Below are positions 45,856 through 55,794 of a DNA stretch of 64,000 nt, piece by piece. Numbering within the stretch: the first letter of the stretch is position 1; every line of letters starts with the position of its first letter. The position numbers and the translations under genes are program-made. Location: positions 50,038-114,037 of the forward strand of contig JAUSJC010000007.1 of NCBI GenBank assembly GCA_030647775.1. The letters run 5' to 3'. The notes below the pieces were generated by a model. It ran no database searches, was not told the DNA's origin, and saw nothing but the letters and a program-made list of their open reading frames with translations. Source of the DNA: Candidatus Curtissbacteria bacterium. GTDB taxonomy: Bacteria > Patescibacteriota > Microgenomatia > Curtissbacterales > GWA2-41-24.

Positions 45856-45900
45856 TGAACCTACATTATACCTTACATATCCAGTAGAGTGCGGAAGAAT

Positions 45901-46752
45901 TTAGTTTCCTATAACCAACGTGCTTGCTGCCGGTTCAGTTTTACTTATATCTCGATACACTCCCTGATATTCGTCCGGCAAGAGCTTTGCAATTTCGATC
46001 ATGACGTAGTCAACAAGTGTACCTCTTTTTTCTTCTCTGGGAATCAAGTGATTAAAATCAGCCTTAACAGCCGGAATATCAATAGGTTTGCCCACATTCA
46101 TTGCCACATAGCTTTTTTTTCTAGGAATCAGTGCACCAATGGGAAGCACTGTTTCTGTTCCGTATAGGCCAATAGGTACGACCCAGTTACCTTCAAGGTA
46201 GTGTGAGATGGCAGGATAACCTTCTATCAACTGACTCGTTCTACTTCTGCCTCCTTCTGGAAATAGCGCTATAATTCCGCCCTGCTTTATAACCGAGCGT
46301 GTTGCTCTTATAGATTTGTATGTAAAAGACATCGCCATCTTTTCTTGTTCGGCGTTTTTGGGTTTTAGATTTGGGGGCCAAACAGGTATGAAAGAATAAC
46401 CACCAACGAATTTTGATGTAAGCTTGTTGAGAAGCAGTTTGGCGCCTAGAATAAAGACCGTTCTTTGCGCTATATCCTGAAATCCATGCCTTCGTAAAGC
46501 AGAGATGATCGCGGGAGCATCGAAATTGCTAAGATGGTTAAAAGCAAAAACGACTTTTTCTCCTGCCGCTATCAACTGTCTAACTTCTTCTAGGTTTTCT
46601 TGGCCAGACAATAAGATATTCTCTATATATATGCGTGTTAGACACTCGTTGAGTAACAATTGCAGGGGATTTGCCTTTTTGACATCTTTGACAGCACCGT
46701 GATTATACCTTTCGGACATTTGGCGAATTATAATGAATTTTGATGGTTTCAT
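45901..46752 (-). CDS. lysophospholipid/glycerol-phosphate acyltransferase (PlsC-like)
   Basis: NHLSNFD (HX4D) and FPEGGRS motifs; start approximate. Confidence 0.85.
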   Translation of the reverse strand: MKPSKFIIIRQMSERYNHGAVKDVKKANPLQLLLNECLTRIYIENILLSGQENLEEVRQLIAAGEKVVFAFNHLSNFDAPAIISALRRHGFQDIAQRTVFILGAKLLLNKLTSKFVGGYSFIPVWPPNLKPKNAEQEKMAMSFTYKSIRATRSVIKQGGIIALFPEGGRSRTSQLIEGYPAISHYLEGNWVVPIGLYGTETVLPIGALIPRKKSYVAMNVGKPIDIPAVKADFNHLIPREEKRGTLVDYVMIEIAKLLPDEYQGVYRDISKTEPAASTLVIGN

Positions 46753-46761
46753 CAAAGCCTC

Positions 46762-46791
46762 TTGACAACTTCGGGTTTTATTTGGTAGTAT
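46762..46791 (+). promoter_or_regulatory. lexA promoter with candidate LexA box
   Basis: TTGACA...TTCGG-GTTTTA-TTTGG-TAGTAT. Confidence 0.7.
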
Positions 46792-46801
46792 GGTTTTCAA
46801 T

Positions 46802-47419
46802 ATGGCTACAGTAATTTACCGCAGACAGAAACAAATTTTGGATTTTCTCAACGATTACATTGAAGAGCATGGTCATGCGCCGACATTAGTAGAGATTGCT
46901 AAAAATTTAGGGGTTCGGTCTTTGGCGACAGTCCATGAACACCTAGCGACTCTTGAAAAGAAAGGCTTAATTAAAAAATCGGGAGGAATTGCCCGCGGGA
47001 TTGAGCTGATTGAGAAAAGGATAGGCAGAATTGTCAAAGGGATAGAACTGCCGGTAATGGGGTTTATTGCGGCCGGTGCCCCGATAGAACCATATACAGA
47101 CCCTAATGCTACATTTCCTGTTTCTCCAAATCTTGTAACACCGAACAAAAAATCATATGTTCTTCAGGTTAAAGGTGAATCAATGATTGATGACGGAATC
47201 TTAGATGGTGACTTTGTGGTTGTTGAAGAAACGAACCACGCTAATAATGGCGATATTGTGGTGGCGATGATCGAAAATGGTGTTGTAACTCTGAAGAGAT
47301 TTTTCAAAGAATCAGATAGGGTCAGACTCCAGCCGGCCAATTCCACCATGCAGCCGATTTATGCCAAAAACGTGACGATACAGGGTAAAGTTACTTCCGT
47401 AATCCGCAAGTACAACTGA
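46802..47419 (+). CDS. lexA: SOS repressor LexA
   Basis: wHTH (PTLVEIAKNLG), IAAGAP cleavage site, GESM Ser, TLKR Lys. Confidence 0.96.
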   Translation: MATVIYRRQKQILDFLNDYIEEHGHAPTLVEIAKNLGVRSLATVHEHLATLEKKGLIKKSGGIARGIELIEKRIGRIVKGIELPVMGFIAAGAPIEPYTDPNATFPVSPNLVTPNKKSYVLQVKGESMIDDGILDGDFVVVEETNHANNGDIVVAMIENGVVTLKRFFKESDRVRLQPANSTMQPIYAKNVTIQGKVTSVIRKYN

Positions 47420-47422
47420 TTA

Positions 47423-48691
47423 TCACTTACTAAAAAAGCTTAGGAGAAGGGCAAAGGCGGCGAAGGTCATCACAAGCGTGATTGCCCAACCGGCGATATT
47501 GGAGAAAGTGTTGCTTTTATATTTCCCCATGATTTTAGAATTATTTGATATTAAAAGAATTAAAACCATGAGTGGCGGGGCAACAATCCCATTTAAAACT
47601 GCCGTGTAGTAGAGGATTTTAAAAGGCGGGATACCGGTAAAGTTAACTAGGAGACCCAAGACAGTTGCTATCGTGATAATGCCGTAAAAACCGTGAGCTT
47701 GTTTGAACTTGCGGTATAAACCTTCTTTCCAGCCGAAAGCTTCGGAAATTGCATAAGAGGCGGAACCGGCAAGAACCGGTACAGCCAAAAGACCGGTGCC
47801 GATCACCCCCACCCCAAAAAGGAAAAAGGTAAAATTTCCGGCAATCGGCCTTAGAGCTTCAGCTGCGTCTGTAGCGGTGTTGATATTATTTATACCTTTT
47901 GCCGCTAAAGTTGAAGCTGTTGTGACAATAATAAAGAACATAACCAGTTGAGAGAAAAACATGCCTACTAGGGTATCGATTCTCATTTTCTTAATATCAA
48001 TCGCGGTTATTTTCGGGACTCCCCTGCCCATTGCCCGGATTTTATGAAATTCGACTTCTTCTTCGACTTCTTCATCTGATTGCCAGAAAAATAAATACGG
48101 GGATATAGTGGTTCCGAGAATAGCGACGATATTGAGAAAATAATCCCGGTTAAAGGATATCGCCGGAATAAAAGTAGCTGTAAGAATTCTTGACCAATCT
48201 TGCTTAACGACAAAGGCAACTATAATGTATGAAAACAGGGAAAACGTGAGATATTTTAGAATTTTTGAATAAACTTTATAGGAGACGAAAACTTCCAAAA
48301 TTAAAGACAGCGCGGTGATTATCAGAAGTAAAACGACGAATGGCAATGGAATAAGGAGCTCGGCAGATGATGCCATGGCTCCAAGATCCGCACCGATATT
48401 GATGGTATTGGCAATAAGCAGTAAAAGTATTGAGAAATAGAGAATTTTTTTGGAGTAATGAATACGGATTACGCCGGATAAACCTTTACCAGTAACCATG
48501 CCGATGCGGCCGCACATTTCCTGAATAACAGTCATAAAAGGAAAGGAAAAGAGGGCGGTCCACAGTTGCGTATAGCCAAACTGGGCACCGGCTTGGGAGT
48601 ATGTAGCGATGCCCGAAGGATCATCATCGGCGGCTCCGGTTATAAACCCGGGCCCAAGGCGGGAAAGGATTTTTTTAAGTTTTTTGAGCAC
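47423..48691 (-). CDS. NRAMP-family divalent metal transporter
   Basis: GPGFITGAADDDPSGIATYSQAGA, GTTISPYLFFWQ. Confidence 0.92.
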   Translation of the reverse strand: MLKKLKKILSRLGPGFITGAADDDPSGIATYSQAGAQFGYTQLWTALFSFPFMTVIQEMCGRIGMVTGKGLSGVIRIHYSKKILYFSILLLLIANTINIGADLGAMASSAELLIPLPFVVLLLIITALSLILEVFVSYKVYSKILKYLTFSLFSYIIVAFVVKQDWSRILTATFIPAISFNRDYFLNIVAILGTTISPYLFFWQSDEEVEEEVEFHKIRAMGRGVPKITAIDIKKMRIDTLVGMFFSQLVMFFIIVTTASTLAAKGINNINTATDAAEALRPIAGNFTFFLFGVGVIGTGLLAVPVLAGSASYAISEAFGWKEGLYRKFKQAHGFYGIITIATVLGLLVNFTGIPPFKILYYTAVLNGIVAPPLMVLILLISNNSKIMGKYKSNTFSNIAGWAITLVMTFAAFALLLSFFSK

Positions 48692-49319
48692 TTAGTTTTC
48701 GCTTGTGAAGCTTATGATAGACGTAAGCCGCAACTGCGATTATTGCAAGAATAATAATCAAAACGTCAAACTTGCGAAATAGCGGCCTGATACTTTCCCA
48801 GTTTTCACCGAGTTTGACTCCGATTAATGTGAGAAAAGCAGACCAGATTAAAGATCCAAAAAATGTGAGCGCAGAAAATTTCCAAAAAGGTAATTTAGCC
48901 ATACCGGCCGGAAGGGAGATGACTGTCCTTATGGCTGGTAGTATCCTGGAAACTGCGGCCGCCCACTGTCCGTATTTGTTGAACAGCTTTATGGAGCTAT
49001 CGAATTCCTCTTCCGTCAAAAGGATAAATTTCCCGTACTTTATGACCAGCTTTCTGATAAGCCTTTTTTCGCCCCAATATCCAAGGGCATAAGCTATCCA
49101 AGACCCGGCAAGATTCCCTAGAGCACCGACTAAGATAACCGCCAGCAAGTTAAACTTTCCCTGTGAAACCAGAAAGCCGGAAAAGGGCATGATCACTTCG
49201 GAAGGAATCGGGATTAAGGCTGATTCTATGGCCATGAGAACAAAAATCCCCGGGTAGCCTAATGTATCTATAACCGATATAACCCATAAGACTATGGTTT
49301 CCAAGATAGACTGATCCAT
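48675..49319 (-). CDS. DedA family protein
   Basis: ESALIPIPSEVIMPFSG, RILPAIRTVISLPAG. Confidence 0.95.
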   Translation of the reverse strand: MDQSILETIVLWVISVIDTLGYPGIFVLMAIESALIPIPSEVIMPFSGFLVSQGKFNLLAVILVGALGNLAGSWIAYALGYWGEKRLIRKLVIKYGKFILLTEEEFDSSIKLFNKYGQWAAAVSRILPAIRTVISLPAGMAKLPFWKFSALTFFGSLIWSAFLTLIGVKLGENWESIRPLFRKFDVLIIILAIIAVAAYVYHKLHKRKLSAQKT

Positions 49320-49361
49320 CGGTCTATTGTAAAGGCAGGCAGTTAAAATTTAAAGTAGTAT

Positions 49362-50960
49362 TTAAGCTAGGAGACTTCTGCCGGTCATCGTGGATGGCTT
49401 GGGAATATTTAAAAGCGCAAGAATTGTGGGGGCAACATCGGCAAGCAAGCCTTCAGACTGATCGGTGCTGCTCCCTCCGAGTTCTTTAATGACAAAAATA
49501 CATGGCGCGGGGCCGGCATTATGTGCGGTATCTATTTGGCCTGTCTTGGCATTAACCATTACCTCGGCGTTTCCATGATCGGCGGTAATAATAAGTCCCC
49601 CGCCGGCTCCAAGCGTGGTTTCGGATATTTTTTTAAGGCAAGTATCGATTTCATTTACCGCCTTAACTGTTGCTTCGAAGTTTCCCGTATGGCCAACCAT
49701 ATCTGCATTGGCAAGATTGAGGACTATAAAATCGTAAATGCCGCTTTTGATTTTTGAGATTAGTTTTTCTGTTATTTGGGGCGCGGACATTCCCGGCGCC
49801 AGATCGTAAGACGCAACTTTTTGGGAATTAACAAGAACCCGGTCTTCGCCGGGGAACGGTTCTTCTCTGCCGCCGTTGAAAAAATAGGTGACATGGGCAT
49901 ATTTTTCTGTTTCTGCTATATGAAGTTGTCTCATGTTCCTTTCGGAAATGATTTGGGCAAGCGGAATTTCGACTTCTTCAGGCGGGAAAGCGACGGCGGA
50001 AACAGGTAAGCCTTTTTCATACCGGGTCATGGAAGCAAAGAACAGGTTTTCAATTTTTGGTTCCCTTTCGAAAGTCTTTACCTCGTCGCCGGACGGAGCT
50101 TTTTGGTGATCGAGCGAAGGGAGAACAAAAGCTTTGGTCAGCTGGCGTGCCCGATCCGGCCGAAAGTTGAAAAAAATTATGGCATCATTTTGCCTGATAC
50201 GACCAATAGGATTGCCCTCTTGGTCGGTAATGGCAAACGGCTCTATAAACTCATCGGTTTTACCGTCGGCGTACGAATCTACAATTGCTTTTTCTAAGTC
50301 GGTTTTAAAATTAAGAGTTTGGCCAAGCATTGCAAAATAGGCCTTGGCAGTTCTTTCCCAGCGGTTATCGCGATCCATAGAATAGTATCTGCCGGAAATG
50401 GAGGCAATTTGGCCGAGATTTTCTTTCTCAAGTTTTTCCTGAAGCTGGGAAATAACTGCTTTTGCGGAGGTCGGGGGGCTATCGCGGCCGTCAGTAAAAA
50501 GGTGCAATTTTATTTTCTCTTTGGGGACCAATTTTTTTTGCAGCAGGCTAAGAAGCGCAAATAGGTGGCTACTGGCGCTATGGACGAAGCCCAAACCCAC
50601 AAGACCCATCAAATGAATGTTGCCGCCGTTTTTTTGGTAGTGGTTAATTGCGCCGGTAAAAGCCTCATTAGTAAAAAAAGAACCATCTGTGATTGCGCTG
50701 TTAATTCGCAAAAGATCTTGAAAAACAATTCTGCCGGCGCCAAGATTCAAGTGGCCGACTTCGCTGTTGCCGACACACCCGCGGGGAAGACCAACGCCGG
50801 GTCCGGAAGTAACCAGTGTTGTGTGGGGATAGTTTAACCAAAGACTTGTAAAGTTTAAAGGGTTAGCGCAAGTTATGGCATTTCCCGGTGACGGCGGTGC
50901 CTGCCCCCAGCCATCAAGGATACAAAGAACTAAAGGTTTGGGGATTCGGGATGGTTTCAT
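49362..50960 (-). CDS. gpmI: 2,3-BPG-independent phosphoglycerate mutase
   Basis: ILDGWG, GNSEVGH, AETEKYAHVTYFFNGG, TADHGNAE. Confidence 0.96.
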   Translation of the reverse strand: MKPSRIPKPLVLCILDGWGQAPPSPGNAITCANPLNFTSLWLNYPHTTLVTSGPGVGLPRGCVGNSEVGHLNLGAGRIVFQDLLRINSAITDGSFFTNEAFTGAINHYQKNGGNIHLMGLVGLGFVHSASSHLFALLSLLQKKLVPKEKIKLHLFTDGRDSPPTSAKAVISQLQEKLEKENLGQIASISGRYYSMDRDNRWERTAKAYFAMLGQTLNFKTDLEKAIVDSYADGKTDEFIEPFAITDQEGNPIGRIRQNDAIIFFNFRPDRARQLTKAFVLPSLDHQKAPSGDEVKTFEREPKIENLFFASMTRYEKGLPVSAVAFPPEEVEIPLAQIISERNMRQLHIAETEKYAHVTYFFNGGREEPFPGEDRVLVNSQKVASYDLAPGMSAPQITEKLISKIKSGIYDFIVLNLANADMVGHTGNFEATVKAVNEIDTCLKKISETTLGAGGGLIITADHGNAEVMVNAKTGQIDTAHNAGPAPCIFVIKELGGSSTDQSEGLLADVAPTILALLNIPKPSTMTGRSLLA

Positions 50961-52210
50961 GAGAGTTCATGTTCAATTTCCAGGAGCCTGTTATATTTAG
51001 CCACCCGCTCACCCCTGGCCGGAGCCCCAAATTTGGTGTAGTCCGCCCCGACGCCGACAGCAAAGTCAACAATAAAGTCATCGTTGGTTTCACCCGAACG
51101 ATGAGAGACGATGACTTTGAATTTTGCCTCTTTTGCTTTTTTGACAAACGCCAGAGTCTCGGAAATAGTGCCTATCTGGTTTGGTTTGACAATAACGGCA
51201 TTTAGGGCGTGCCCTTCTATTGCTTTATCTAAAAGTTTGGTATTCGTGGAGGTAAGATCGTCGCCAACGATCAGAGTTTCTGTGCCAAGTTTTCCTAGAA
51301 GATCTGACCAGTCACCCCAGTCATCATCCGAAAAAGGGTCTTCCAAGGAAAGCAGGTGATACCGCTCATTTGCCGAAATGTAAAATTCGATAAGGTCGCT
51401 TCCTGTTTGGGGAACGGGTTTATCCTTGATTCTGTAAGTATTTCCCTCTTTAAGATTCGAGGCCGCGACGTCGAGAGAGAAAAAGGCATCAAGGCCGGTT
51501 TTGTAACCGGCAATGGTGACTGCTTCTTCGAAAATCTTAAAAACTTCCATGTTGGAATAAAGCATGGGGGCGTACCCGCCCTCATCGCCGATCAAGGTGG
51601 CATAGTTTTGGGATTTAAGAACCTCTTTGAGGGCAAAGTAGACTTCGGCGCCAAATTTCAGGTTTTGGGAAAAAGTATTAGCCTTAGGGGGAACAATTAA
51701 AAATTCCTGGAAGTCGAGATTGAAGCCGCCATGGAGACCCCCGTTTAGGATGTTAAACATCGGCGTGGGGATGGAAAACTCGCGAGTACTTATACCGGCA
51801 ATTTGGGCAATATATTGGTATAGCGGCACTTTCTGGCTCATGCTTTGGGCTCTCGCAACTGCCCCGGACAGGGCAAGGATACTGTTTGCCCCCAGTTTGC
51901 TTTTATCATCAGTACCGTCCAGGGTAATCATTGCTTCGTCTACTTGCGCTTGGTTTTTGGCATCCATACCAATTATCTGGGGGGCAAGAATAGTCGCGAT
52001 ATTGCCAAGCGCTTTCAAAACCCCCTTGCCGCCAAACCTTGTTTTATCACCGTCACGAAGCTCTATCGCTTCGTGCTTTCCGACAGATGCGCCCGAAGGG
52101 ACAGAGTAAATGCCGATTGCGCCGTCCTCCAGTTCCAGGATTGCTTCAACGGTCGGCTGGCCGCGGCTGTCTAAAATTTCCCTGGCAACTATTTTTTTAA
52201 TTTTCGACAT
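50957..52210 (-). CDS. eno: enolase
   Basis: EILDSRGQPTVE, VPSGAS, SHRSGET, ERVAKYNRLL. Confidence 0.97.
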   Translation of the reverse strand: MSKIKKIVAREILDSRGQPTVEAILELEDGAIGIYSVPSGASVGKHEAIELRDGDKTRFGGKGVLKALGNIATILAPQIIGMDAKNQAQVDEAMITLDGTDDKSKLGANSILALSGAVARAQSMSQKVPLYQYIAQIAGISTREFSIPTPMFNILNGGLHGGFNLDFQEFLIVPPKANTFSQNLKFGAEVYFALKEVLKSQNYATLIGDEGGYAPMLYSNMEVFKIFEEAVTIAGYKTGLDAFFSLDVAASNLKEGNTYRIKDKPVPQTGSDLIEFYISANERYHLLSLEDPFSDDDWGDWSDLLGKLGTETLIVGDDLTSTNTKLLDKAIEGHALNAVIVKPNQIGTISETLAFVKKAKEAKFKVIVSHRSGETNDDFIVDFAVGVGADYTKFGAPARGERVAKYNRLLEIEHELS

Positions 52211-52234
52211 AATTTAAGTATAAAGTATCTCGTG

Positions 52235-54505
52235 TCAAGATTTTGATACAAGTTTGTGTTCCGCGCCCGCGATTATCCGGCGGGTTGATTCGATGGCGTC
52301 CGGGTTAACAGAAACGGAAGTTATGCCCCAGGAAACCAGTTTTTGGGTAAGTTCGGGGTAAATTGAAGGCGCTTGCCCGCAGATTGACGAGGTAATGCCT
52401 TCTTTGACGCAGGTTTTAATAAGGTGCTCGAGTGCCCACAAGACAGACGGGTCGAGTTCGTTAAATTCGCTTGCCACCTCTTCGTTATCGCGGTCGGTGC
52501 CCAGAATCAGCATCGTTAAATCGTTTGAGCCGATGGAAATGCCGTCAATACCTATTTTAATAAATTCCGAAAGGCTGATGACATTTGTAGGAATCTCGGC
52601 CATCATCCAGAATTTGAAGTGCTTGTCTTCGAAAAGGCCGGACGCGCTAACTAGCTCTTTGACGTTTTGAAGCTCTTGCGGGCTCCTGACAAAGGGAATC
52701 ATCAGGTGAAGATTTTTGTGGAGCCGGCGCACTTTTTTTATCGCGTCAAGTTCCAGCTTGAATGTTTCGGGATCTTTTATATAACGGAAAGCGCCCCGGT
52801 AACCAAGCATCGGGTTTGATTCATTGGGCTCAAACATATCACCTCCGGCGAGGTTTCTGTATTCGTTGGATTTAAGGTCGGAGGCTCTATAGATAACCGG
52901 CCGGCTTCCGAAGGCTTTAGCAAAAACGGTAAGCTCGCCCGCCATTCTATCGACAAAAATATCCTCTTTACCGTCTTTTATAAATTTTTTGGGGTGGGTG
53001 CCAATTTGTGCCAAAATAAACTCGGCACGCAAAAGCCCCACGCCATCAACATTTCTGGCGGCGACTTTTGGAGCAAGGTCTGGTTCAGCCAGATTAACGT
53101 AGAGCTTTGTGGCGGTTTTTCTTGGCGGTACTTTGGCGCTTGCCGAAGCACTATTTTGATTTTTTTTATCAGGGTTTAACGCCCCGTTATAGACTATACC
53201 CTTGGCCCCGTCGACAGTGACAACTTGTCCGTTTTTAAGTTTTTTTGTTGCATTGCCGGTACCTACCACGCAGGCGATGCCAAGCTCTCTTGAAACAATG
53301 GCGGCGTGGGAAGTTCGGCCGCCGCGGTCGGTAACGATTGCGCTCGCCCGTTTCATGGCGGGCACAAAATCCGGGTTTGTCATTTCAGTTACCAGAACCA
53401 TGCCTTTTTGGACTTTTGAAAGTTCAGCCGCGGATTTAATAATCACTACCGGGCCGGATGCCAACGCCGGTGAGGCCGGAGCACCCTGGAGAATTATAAC
53501 TTTGGCGGCTTTTTCCAAATCTGCCGATTCTTTCTTTTCCAGCCGAGGTTCTTTGTTTCCGGTTGTTGTTACCGGCCTTGTCTGGACGATATAGAGTTTG
53601 CTATCTTTATAGGCCCATTCAATGTCTTGCGGCCAGAAATAGTGTTTTTCGATAATTGAACCGATTTTTGCCAGTTCGATAATTTTTTGATCCGACAGCT
53701 TCTGGGATTTTTTGTAGGCCTTGGCAATCTTGATTTCTTTGTTGCCGCCTGCGCCCCTTACTAATTGTTTATCCTGGGAGACAATATTTCTGGCGATTAT
53801 TTCAAAAGTGTCTTTGGCGACTTCATAATGGTCCGGGGTCACCTGGCCTGAGACAATCAGCTCACCAAGCCCGAAGATTGCCTCTATAACAATCTTTTTG
53901 GCGTTGGTGACGGGGTCGATTGTAAACATGACACCGGAAACGTCCGATTCCACCATTAGCTGGACCGGGAGAGCGATACCGACTTTGAAGTGATCAAACC
54001 CTTTTTGGACACGGTAGTAGATTGCCCTGGCTTCGAAGAGGGATGCCCAGCCATCAAGGACTGCTTTCTGAAGTTTGCCGGTACCGGATATATTAAGGAA
54101 TGTTTTTTGCTGGCCGGCAAAGGATGCTTCCGGTAAGTCTTCGGCCGTAGCCGAGGAGCGAACGGCAACCAGTTTATTTTTACTTTGAGTCAGTTTGTTA
54201 TAGTAGGAGTTAACTTGCGATTCGAGCTTTGGGTCAAGCTTTATGCCGCTAATGACCTTTTGGCAAGCAAGTGCTTTATCTGCTAAAAGCGCCGGGTTCT
54301 CGACGTCTAGGTTAAAGAGGATTCCTTTGATTTTGTCTATGGCACCTGAATCTTCCAGAGTACGAAAGTACGCTTGGGCAGTGATAATAAAACCGTTGGG
54401 TACCGGTGCGCCAATTTTATAAAGCTCGCCAAGGTTTGCACCTTTACCACCAACCAGGGCCGTATCGTTTTTATCAATTTCGGAAAACCAAACAAGATCT
54501 TTCAC
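52235..54505 (-). CDS. ppsA: phosphoenolpyruvate synthase
   Basis: VGGKGANLGE, AVRSSATAEDL, GGRTSHAAIVSRE, SIGSNDLT. Confidence 0.96.
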   Translation of the reverse strand: MKDLVWFSEIDKNDTALVGGKGANLGELYKIGAPVPNGFIITAQAYFRTLEDSGAIDKIKGILFNLDVENPALLADKALACQKVISGIKLDPKLESQVNSYYNKLTQSKNKLVAVRSSATAEDLPEASFAGQQKTFLNISGTGKLQKAVLDGWASLFEARAIYYRVQKGFDHFKVGIALPVQLMVESDVSGVMFTIDPVTNAKKIVIEAIFGLGELIVSGQVTPDHYEVAKDTFEIIARNIVSQDKQLVRGAGGNKEIKIAKAYKKSQKLSDQKIIELAKIGSIIEKHYFWPQDIEWAYKDSKLYIVQTRPVTTTGNKEPRLEKKESADLEKAAKVIILQGAPASPALASGPVVIIKSAAELSKVQKGMVLVTEMTNPDFVPAMKRASAIVTDRGGRTSHAAIVSRELGIACVVGTGNATKKLKNGQVVTVDGAKGIVYNGALNPDKKNQNSASASAKVPPRKTATKLYVNLAEPDLAPKVAARNVDGVGLLRAEFILAQIGTHPKKFIKDGKEDIFVDRMAGELTVFAKAFGSRPVIYRASDLKSNEYRNLAGGDMFEPNESNPMLGYRGAFRYIKDPETFKLELDAIKKVRRLHKNLHLMIPFVRSPQELQNVKELVSASGLFEDKHFKFWMMAEIPTNVISLSEFIKIGIDGISIGSNDLTMLILGTDRDNEEVASEFNELDPSVLWALEHLIKTCVKEGITSSICGQAPSIYPELTQKLVSWGITSVSVNPDAIESTRRIIAGAEHKLVSKS

Positions 54506-54568
54506 GCAGACATAAACTTACCTTCCGATTTAAAATCGGTGTGGGTGAAGATAGCTTTATTGTAGCAT

Positions 54569-55288
54569 TTAACTTCTCAAATATTTAAGCATGAGAAAGG
54601 CGGTAAGTTCCGGTTCTTCTAAACCGGTCTTGCCTGTTTTTATTGCCAAGTCTGCCTTAAGACTTCCGGTAAGGAAATTTTTCAGAGTTTTCAATTCGAA
54701 TAAGTTTGCCTGGTTTTTGATCTTGTCCCACTGCCACGGGGCAAGATTCCTGCCGCTGATTTGACCGGCCTGGGAGGCGCTTGCGCCGAGTTTTGCGAGA
54801 GTAAGAAGGATTAGTCTCGCCGAAATATGCCAAATTAGAGGGTAGCTATAGGCTGCGGGATCAGGGTCTTGTTGATATTCGAGATCACGAAGAATCGACA
54901 AGGATCTTTTGGCATCCGGGGAAAGTGTGTCGAGAAACTGGAAAATAAAAGCCCGGGGTTTGAATGTTTCGACTCTTGCTAAGAGTGCGATAGATTTTAT
55001 TTGAGCAGGTGCAATCTCTGCCTGCTCCCAAAAAACTATGGTCGTATCTTTGGGAGTGTTTTTGAAAATTTCATCTTTTACAGTTAACTTTTTGTCTTTT
55101 AGGAAATTATGCGCAACTAGGATATTTTCGTCCTCCAGAAGCGTGGTGCCAAAAATTGCCATATAGAGATCGTCTCTGGTGTTTTCCTTTGAAAAGTGCA
55201 GGCGCTTTGCCTTGGGGTATGTTTTGATAATTTGCTCGAGACGGATATAGGCGGCAGTTTTATCTTCTCCGTGCAGTAAGTAAATCAT
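54569..55288 (-). CDS. DNA polymerase III delta-subunit-like protein
   Basis: MIYLLHGED start and ADLAIKTG C-terminal motif. Confidence 0.7.
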   Translation of the reverse strand: MIYLLHGEDKTAAYIRLEQIIKTYPKAKRLHFSKENTRDDLYMAIFGTTLLEDENILVAHNFLKDKKLTVKDEIFKNTPKDTTIVFWEQAEIAPAQIKSIALLARVETFKPRAFIFQFLDTLSPDAKRSLSILRDLEYQQDPDPAAYSYPLIWHISARLILLTLAKLGASASQAGQISGRNLAPWQWDKIKNQANLFELKTLKNFLTGSLKADLAIKTGKTGLEEPELTAFLMLKYLRS

Positions 55289-55289
55289 C

Positions 55290-55565
55290 TCAAACCTTTG
55301 TTATTGGCGAAGGAGTCTTAACGGGTTTTTGGACTTTTATGCCGAATTCGTCTCCTTTTTTGGCAATATCAATATTGGCGTGTTCTATTTGCATTGAGGT
55401 TACGTCTTCCGTAAATTCCTGGCCGTCTTTACCAGCTAATTTAACCTGATCGCCAATTTTTAGATCTCCGCCGGTAAGCTTAACAACGGCGACACCAATT
55501 TTGTCGTAATAATGGGTAACAGTACCCAATTTTTTATCTGCTATTTTTATCACCCCCTGACTCAA
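55290..55565 (-). CDS. small translation-factor-like beta-barrel protein
   Basis: GTVTHYYDKIGVAVV...SMQIEH...AKKGDEFGIKV. Confidence 0.75.
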   Translation of the reverse strand: MSQGVIKIADKKLGTVTHYYDKIGVAVVKLTGGDLKIGDQVKLAGKDGQEFTEDVTSMQIEHANIDIAKKGDEFGIKVQKPVKTPSPITKV

Positions 55566-55569
55566 ATTA

Positions 55570-55794
55570 TTATATCTCCTCTACTTCCGAACTCTCATCT
55601 TTAAGAATAGCCGAGATTTTGGTGCTTGCCTCCGTTAATTTATTTTTGCAAAGCTTGTGAAGTTTTACCCCTTCTTCGAGAAGTTTGAGGCCTTCTTCCA
55701 AATCGAGATCCGGTTCTTCGAGTTTTTGGACAATTTCCTCAAGTCTTTTTAGGGACCGGGTAAAATTAATGTCGTCCGCTGTCTTTTTTGTCAT
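55570..55794 (-). CDS. xseB: exodeoxyribonuclease VII small subunit
   Basis: LKRLEEIVQKLE...LEEGLKLLEEGVKL...C. Confidence 0.92.
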   Translation of the reverse strand: MTKKTADDINFTRSLKRLEEIVQKLEEPDLDLEEGLKLLEEGVKLHKLCKNKLTEASTKISAILKDESSEVEEI

